From positions 58,417 through 122,416 of the forward strand of contig CAMYLN010000007.1 in NCBI GenBank assembly GCA_947259525.1: a stretch of DNA of 64,000 nt, written 5' to 3'. A program made the position numbers and the translations under genes. Below the pieces are notes generated by a model that was given only the letters and a program-made list of their open reading frames with translations, was not told where the DNA came from and searched no databases. This document shows, in pieces, positions 60,074-64,000 of this stretch. This DNA comes from Parvibaculaceae bacterium (GTDB taxonomy: Bacteria; Pseudomonadota; Alphaproteobacteria; Parvibaculales; Parvibaculaceae). Numbering within the stretch: the stretch's first letter is position 1; every line of letters starts with the position of its first letter.

Positions 60074-62200
60074 TCACGCCGCGGCTTCAGAACGGCGACC
60101 GCGCCATTTCTCAAGCATGGCTGCAAGGTCTGCCGGGTCCACCGGTTTGGACAGATAGTCATCCATGCCCGCTGCCTGACAACTTTTCTTATCCTCTGCC
60201 ATGACGTTTGCGGTCAGGGCAATAATGGGAAGGTCGCCTCTTAAACCTTCGAGCGCCCGGATCTCGCGCGTGGCTTCATAGCCATCCATCAAGGGCATGT
60301 GCAGGTCCATAAAGATCAGATCATAGGTACCGGGCTCACTGTCTTTCATTGTCTCCAGCGCTTCCAGCCCGCTCTCGACCATATGCGGAATATGTCCGGC
60401 ACGCTCCACCATCATTCGGGTCAATGTTGCGTTCAGCTCATTGTCTTCCGCGACCAATACGTTGAGCGCGTCGGGGCCGGGCTGCAATGCGGGCGGTGTG
60501 GTTTCTGATATGTCCGCCCCGGTGTCTTCGTTGAGCAGGCCATCCTTAGATGGTCCGTCCCTAGAATGGCTATCCTCGGCGCTCCCGGTCTGGGTCAGTC
60601 GCGCAGCCAGAGAGGCCGCCCGGACGGGACGTACAAGATATCCCTGATAGGGAAGCGCCTGTTGGTCCGGCAATGTCTCACCGGGGGCCGTCAACAGGAA
60701 GAGGTCGAGATCACCGGTCACTTCGTGCCGGGCGATGCATCCTGTCTCCGCCACGATGAGGTCGTGCGGTGTACCGTTCGCATCCTCCTCCAGCAGAACC
60801 GTCGCACCATGATCCTCCAACAACGCGCGGACGGCCCGAGCCGTTACAGGTGATGTGATTTTCAGGCGCGCGGTTCGCCCTTTCAGATGGCGGTGCTGCT
60901 GTACTTCTGCCGGCTCGACCACCTGTAGCGGCAAAGAGAGCGTGAAGCAGGACCCCACACCCTTTTGGCTTGTTACTGTGACGTCACCGCGCATGGCGCG
61001 CGCCAGACGGCGCGTGATTGTCAGGCCCAGTCCTGTTCCCTCGTAACGGCGGGCATGACCTTGTTCGGCCTGCGCAAACTCGGTGAAGATGGCCGCGCAT
61101 TCCTCCTCGGTTAACCCGATCCCTGTATCTTCCACACAGATCTGAAGACGCTGATCTTTCACATCCATGTCCACGGTTACGAAGACACCGCCCTCGTCTG
61201 TAAATTTTACCGCGTTGCCAACCAGGTTGATCAGGATCTGCCGGATACGCGCATCATCACCCATCAGTTTGATCGGCACATAGGGTGCGACGTAGCTTGC
61301 AATGTCGATCCCCTTGTCAAACGAATGGGGCGCCATCAGTTCGCACACCTGTTCAACCAGGGGGGTGATGCGAAACGGTTCTTCACACAGATCAACTTTA
61401 CCGGATTCAATTTTGGAGAAGTCGAGAATATCGTTGATGATCGTCAGCAGCGCTTCTGCGGAGCGCTGCACCGCACGCGCGTGGGAGCGCTGTGCGGGCG
61501 AGAGTTCCGTTTCCAGCAGAAAGCGGATCATACCCAGAACGCCGTTCATTGGTGTACGGATTTCATGGCTCATGGTGGCCAGAAACTGGCTCTTGGCCCG
61601 GTTGGCACTTTCCGCCTGCTCCAGCGCCTGCGCCAGATGTTCTTCAGTTTCCTTCCGGTCCGAAATGTCACGCCCGACGGTCTGGACTTCACACAGTCTG
61701 CCGTCATCATCCCGGATGGCGAAATCTTCCCAGACAAACCAGCGCGGCCCGCGGATTGTCATGATGCGCTGATCGTAGCGCACCCGGTAGGGCGGCAAGG
61801 AGAGCCCGGTAAACGTACCCAGCATGCGCGGCGTTTCCCCGTCCGGCAAGGTCGGGGTGAAGGGCGCGCCAAGCGCTTCGTCCCGGCGAAGCGCGAACGT
61901 GTCACAAAAAACCTGGTTAACGAATGTCAGGCGGCCTTCAAGGTCTTTTCGCAGGATGATGTCACCCTGATTGGCCACAAGATCACGGTAACGCTCTTCG
62001 CTTTCCTTCAGCTCCCAATTGGCGTCCCGCAGATGTTCCAGCTCAACATGCAGGTTCTGGATTTCCGACGCCTGCTGCCGCGACCGCCGCTGGAAGAAAA
62101 GCACTGCCAGGCCGCCACCCACCGCCAGGGTCAACAGATAAAAAAGGACAGAAACAGGCTCCAGCAAGGTCCACTCCGGCAAAAGGCGCGTGAAAAACAT
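60074..62200 (-). CDS. Hybrid sensor histidine kinase (TM-coiled coil-PAS-HisKA-HATPase-pseudoREC-REC)
   Basis: AKSQFLATMSHEIRTPMNG, QILINLVGNAVKFT, DTGIG, GTGLGL, VLVAEDN...FMDLHMPLMDG...KP. Confidence 0.95.
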   Translation of the reverse strand: MFFTRLLPEWTLLEPVSVLFYLLTLAVGGGLAVLFFQRRSRQQASEIQNLHVELEHLRDANWELKESEERYRDLVANQGDIILRKDLEGRLTFVNQVFCDTFALRRDEALGAPFTPTLPDGETPRMLGTFTGLSLPPYRVRYDQRIMTIRGPRWFVWEDFAIRDDDGRLCEVQTVGRDISDRKETEEHLAQALEQAESANRAKSQFLATMSHEIRTPMNGVLGMIRFLLETELSPAQRSHARAVQRSAEALLTIINDILDFSKIESGKVDLCEEPFRITPLVEQVCELMAPHSFDKGIDIASYVAPYVPIKLMGDDARIRQILINLVGNAVKFTDEGGVFVTVDMDVKDQRLQICVEDTGIGLTEEECAAIFTEFAQAEQGHARRYEGTGLGLTITRRLARAMRGDVTVTSQKGVGSCFTLSLPLQVVEPAEVQQHRHLKGRTARLKITSPVTARAVRALLEDHGATVLLEEDANGTPHDLIVAETGCIARHEVTGDLDLFLLTAPGETLPDQQALPYQGYLVRPVRAASLAARLTQTGSAEDSHSRDGPSKDGLLNEDTGADISETTPPALQPGPDALNVLVAEDNELNATLTRMMVERAGHIPHMVESGLEALETMKDSEPGTYDLIFMDLHMPLMDGYEATREIRALEGLRGDLPIIALTANVMAEDKKSCQAAGMDDYLSKPVDPADLAAMLEKWRGRRSEAAA

Positions 62201-62276
62201 ATTTCACGCGATCTTGAAGGGGGGGACTTGAGAAATGGTTACCTGTTTGTCAAAAGCCGGTTTATCCCTCGCATTG

Positions 62277-63821
62277 TCAGGCGGCCACCCCAAGGGCAGC
62301 GCCGTTCTGGTTGCGATATGAGAGGGCTTCGGCCGTGTGCAGCCGGGAAATGGTTTCGGCCTCATCAAGGTCGGCCAGGGTTCGTGCCACACGAATAATC
62401 CGGTGATAACCCCGTGCGGTGAGACGAACACGGTCTGCAGCCTCCATCAGAAAGGCACGCGCCTCCTCGCTCAGGTGCGCTGTGCGTTCCAGCAGATCCC
62501 CATCCGCATGGGCATTCACCCGAATATGGGGAGCGCCTGCCGTCTCAAACCGTGCCACCTGCCGGGCCCTCGCTGCCGCGACCCGGATCGCCACCTCCCG
62601 GCTCCCTTCTGCCGCTGGTGGCAATGCCAGATCCCGGGCACTGACCGGCGGCACATCAATATGCAGATCAATCCTGTCGACGAGCGGACCGGACAGTTTG
62701 GCCTGATAGTCCAACACGCATTTGGGCACCCGGGCACAGGCGCGGGACGGATCACCAGCATAGCCGCAGCGACAAGGGTTCATGGCAGCGATGAGCTGAA
62801 ACCGCGCCGGGAAGGTGACATGGGCATTCGCCCGCGCGACCACGGCCTCGCCGGTCTCGATCGGCTGACGCAGACTGTCCAGTACGGCCCGGGCAAACTC
62901 CGGCAATTCATCGAGAAACAGCACACCGGTATGCGCGAGCGAGACCTCTCCCGGTCGCACACGCAGGCCCCCGCCAATCAACGCGGCCATGGACGCAGAG
63001 TGATGCGGTGCCCGGAACGGTCGTGTCCGCGAGAGCCGACCCTCGCTCAATTCTCCCGCAATGCTGGCAATCATTGAGGTGTCCAGCATCTCGCGGGGTG
63101 AAAGCGGCGGCAGGATGGACGGCAAGCGCGCCGCCAACATGGACTTGCCGGCACCAGGCGGCCCGACCATCAGCATATTGTGTCCCCCGGCGGCAGCCAC
63201 TTCGAGGGCCCGCTTGGCACTTTCCTGCCCTTTGATGTCCGCGAGGTCCGGCAGGGCGGTTTCCACCTCCGCCCTGAGGGGTTTTGGTTCCGACAGCAGC
63301 TGCGCGCCTTTCAGGTGATTGATGAGCTGGATCAGGTTTTCAGGCGCGAGGACGCCTGCTGTCTCCGCCCCGAACCCGGCCCATGCTGCCTCTGACCCAC
63401 TGGCGGCAGGGCAAATGATGCCACGCCCACGGGCATTCGCCGCCATCGCAGCGGGAAGCGCACCCGCAACCGCGCTGATTGATCCGTCGAGCGAGAGTTC
63501 GCCCAGCGCGACATAGCGATCCATATCAGCGGCGGCAATCACATCCATTGCCACTAACAGTCCCAGCGCGATGGGCAGATCAAAATGTGAGCCTTCCTTG
63601 GGCAAGTCAGCCGGCGCCAGATTGACCGTGATCCTCTTGGGCGGCAGACCCAGCCCCAATGCAGTGAGGGCGGCCCGCACCCGCTCCCGGCTTTCGCCGA
63701 CAGCCTTGTCAGGCAGGCCAACAATCGTGAAGGCCGGGAGTCCGCCTGAGATCTGGACTTGCACATCCACTGATCTTGCGTCGAGCCCCAGAAAGGCGAC
63801 CGTTTCAATATGCGCGACCAT
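62277..63821 (-). CDS. comM: ComM/YifB Mg-chelatase-like AAA+ ATPase
   Basis: NLAPADLPKEGSHFDLPIA, GPPGAGKS, RAPHHSAS, GVLFLDELPEF, AAMNPCRCG, SGPLVDRID. Confidence 0.95.
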   Translation of the reverse strand: MVAHIETVAFLGLDARSVDVQVQISGGLPAFTIVGLPDKAVGESRERVRAALTALGLGLPPKRITVNLAPADLPKEGSHFDLPIALGLLVAMDVIAAADMDRYVALGELSLDGSISAVAGALPAAMAANARGRGIICPAASGSEAAWAGFGAETAGVLAPENLIQLINHLKGAQLLSEPKPLRAEVETALPDLADIKGQESAKRALEVAAAGGHNMLMVGPPGAGKSMLAARLPSILPPLSPREMLDTSMIASIAGELSEGRLSRTRPFRAPHHSASMAALIGGGLRVRPGEVSLAHTGVLFLDELPEFARAVLDSLRQPIETGEAVVARANAHVTFPARFQLIAAMNPCRCGYAGDPSRACARVPKCVLDYQAKLSGPLVDRIDLHIDVPPVSARDLALPPAAEGSREVAIRVAAARARQVARFETAGAPHIRVNAHADGDLLERTAHLSEEARAFLMEAADRVRLTARGYHRIIRVARTLADLDEAETISRLHTAEALSYRNQNGAALGVAA

Positions 63822-63892
63822 GAACCTGCCCGTCCGCAGCTATTTCCCCAAAACTTGTGTTTCAGCTTGTCGAAGCCATTGCCCCGCGTCAA

Positions 63893-63907
63893 GAACAAAA
63901 AAAGAAC
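63893..63907 (-). promoter_or_regulatory. Alphaproteobacterial LexA (SOS) box upstream of comM
   Basis: Exact GTTC-N7-GTTC on the comM strand (GAAC-AAAAAAA-GAAC on +), 72 nt upstream of the ATG. Confidence 0.8.
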
Positions 63908-63969
63908 GTGATATGAGCGAAGCAAATCTGCTAAGCGTGAGGGATCGGCATTTTTGGGGAGAGAAGATA

Positions 63970-64000
63970 ATGTCTGGGATACGTGCAATCGGGTTTGTGA
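63970..64000 (+). CDS. Possible start of a gene running out of the window (MSGIRAIGFV...)
   Basis: ATG preceded by GGGGAGAG; only 10 codons visible. Confidence 0.3.
   Translation, partial: MSGIRAIGFV

Noticed and set aside
1-64000. tRNA/rRNA genes, IS elements, integrases, prophage, defence systems
   Set aside because: No T-arm consensus, transposase, integrase, phage or defence-gene motifs were recognised. Accessory content is limited to single-gene or two-gene insertions.

Overview
Chromosomal core-genome segment of a GC-rich alphaproteobacterium, probably Hyphomicrobiales/Parvibaculaceae-like (inferred from gene order and protein style). It has three largely housekeeping blocks. (i) cysK end, an HxlR/SDR/GST-kappa detox module, moeB, a rubrerythrin-FeS oxidoreductase-DUF3501 operon, irr, and fabA-fabB-fabI. 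(ii) The rimP-nusA-ylxR-infB-rbfA-truB-rpsO-pnp translation cluster. (iii) The long trmB-metK-lnt-corC-ybeY-phoH-miaB-olsA-fur-rimI-tsaB-nfuA-trpS-murJ-glnD-mutS-maeB-olsB block, syntenic as I recall with Sinorhizobium SMc01109-SMc01127 and interrupted by small insertions (GNAT, gamma-type kdsA, catalase, an orphan outer-membrane protein, TetR/dienelactone hydrolase, DUF4399/FkbM). It ends with ampG, a hybrid histidine kinase and comM. I saw no tRNA/rRNA, CRISPR, IS or prophage. The most coherent hidden signal is regulatory. Four copies of a 7-3-7 palindrome (ICE/Per-box-like, consensus TTTAGAATnATTCTAAA) sit at the promoters of rubrerythrin, irr and a catalase 32 kb away, suggesting Irr runs a PerR-like peroxide-defence regulon. 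Other readable operators (HxlR, TetR, IscR-like, LexA), a structured rpsO-pnp RNA, a ShkA-like pseudo-receiver kinase and a likely horizontally acquired kdsA are also reported. All family assignments come from motif recognition, not database searches.
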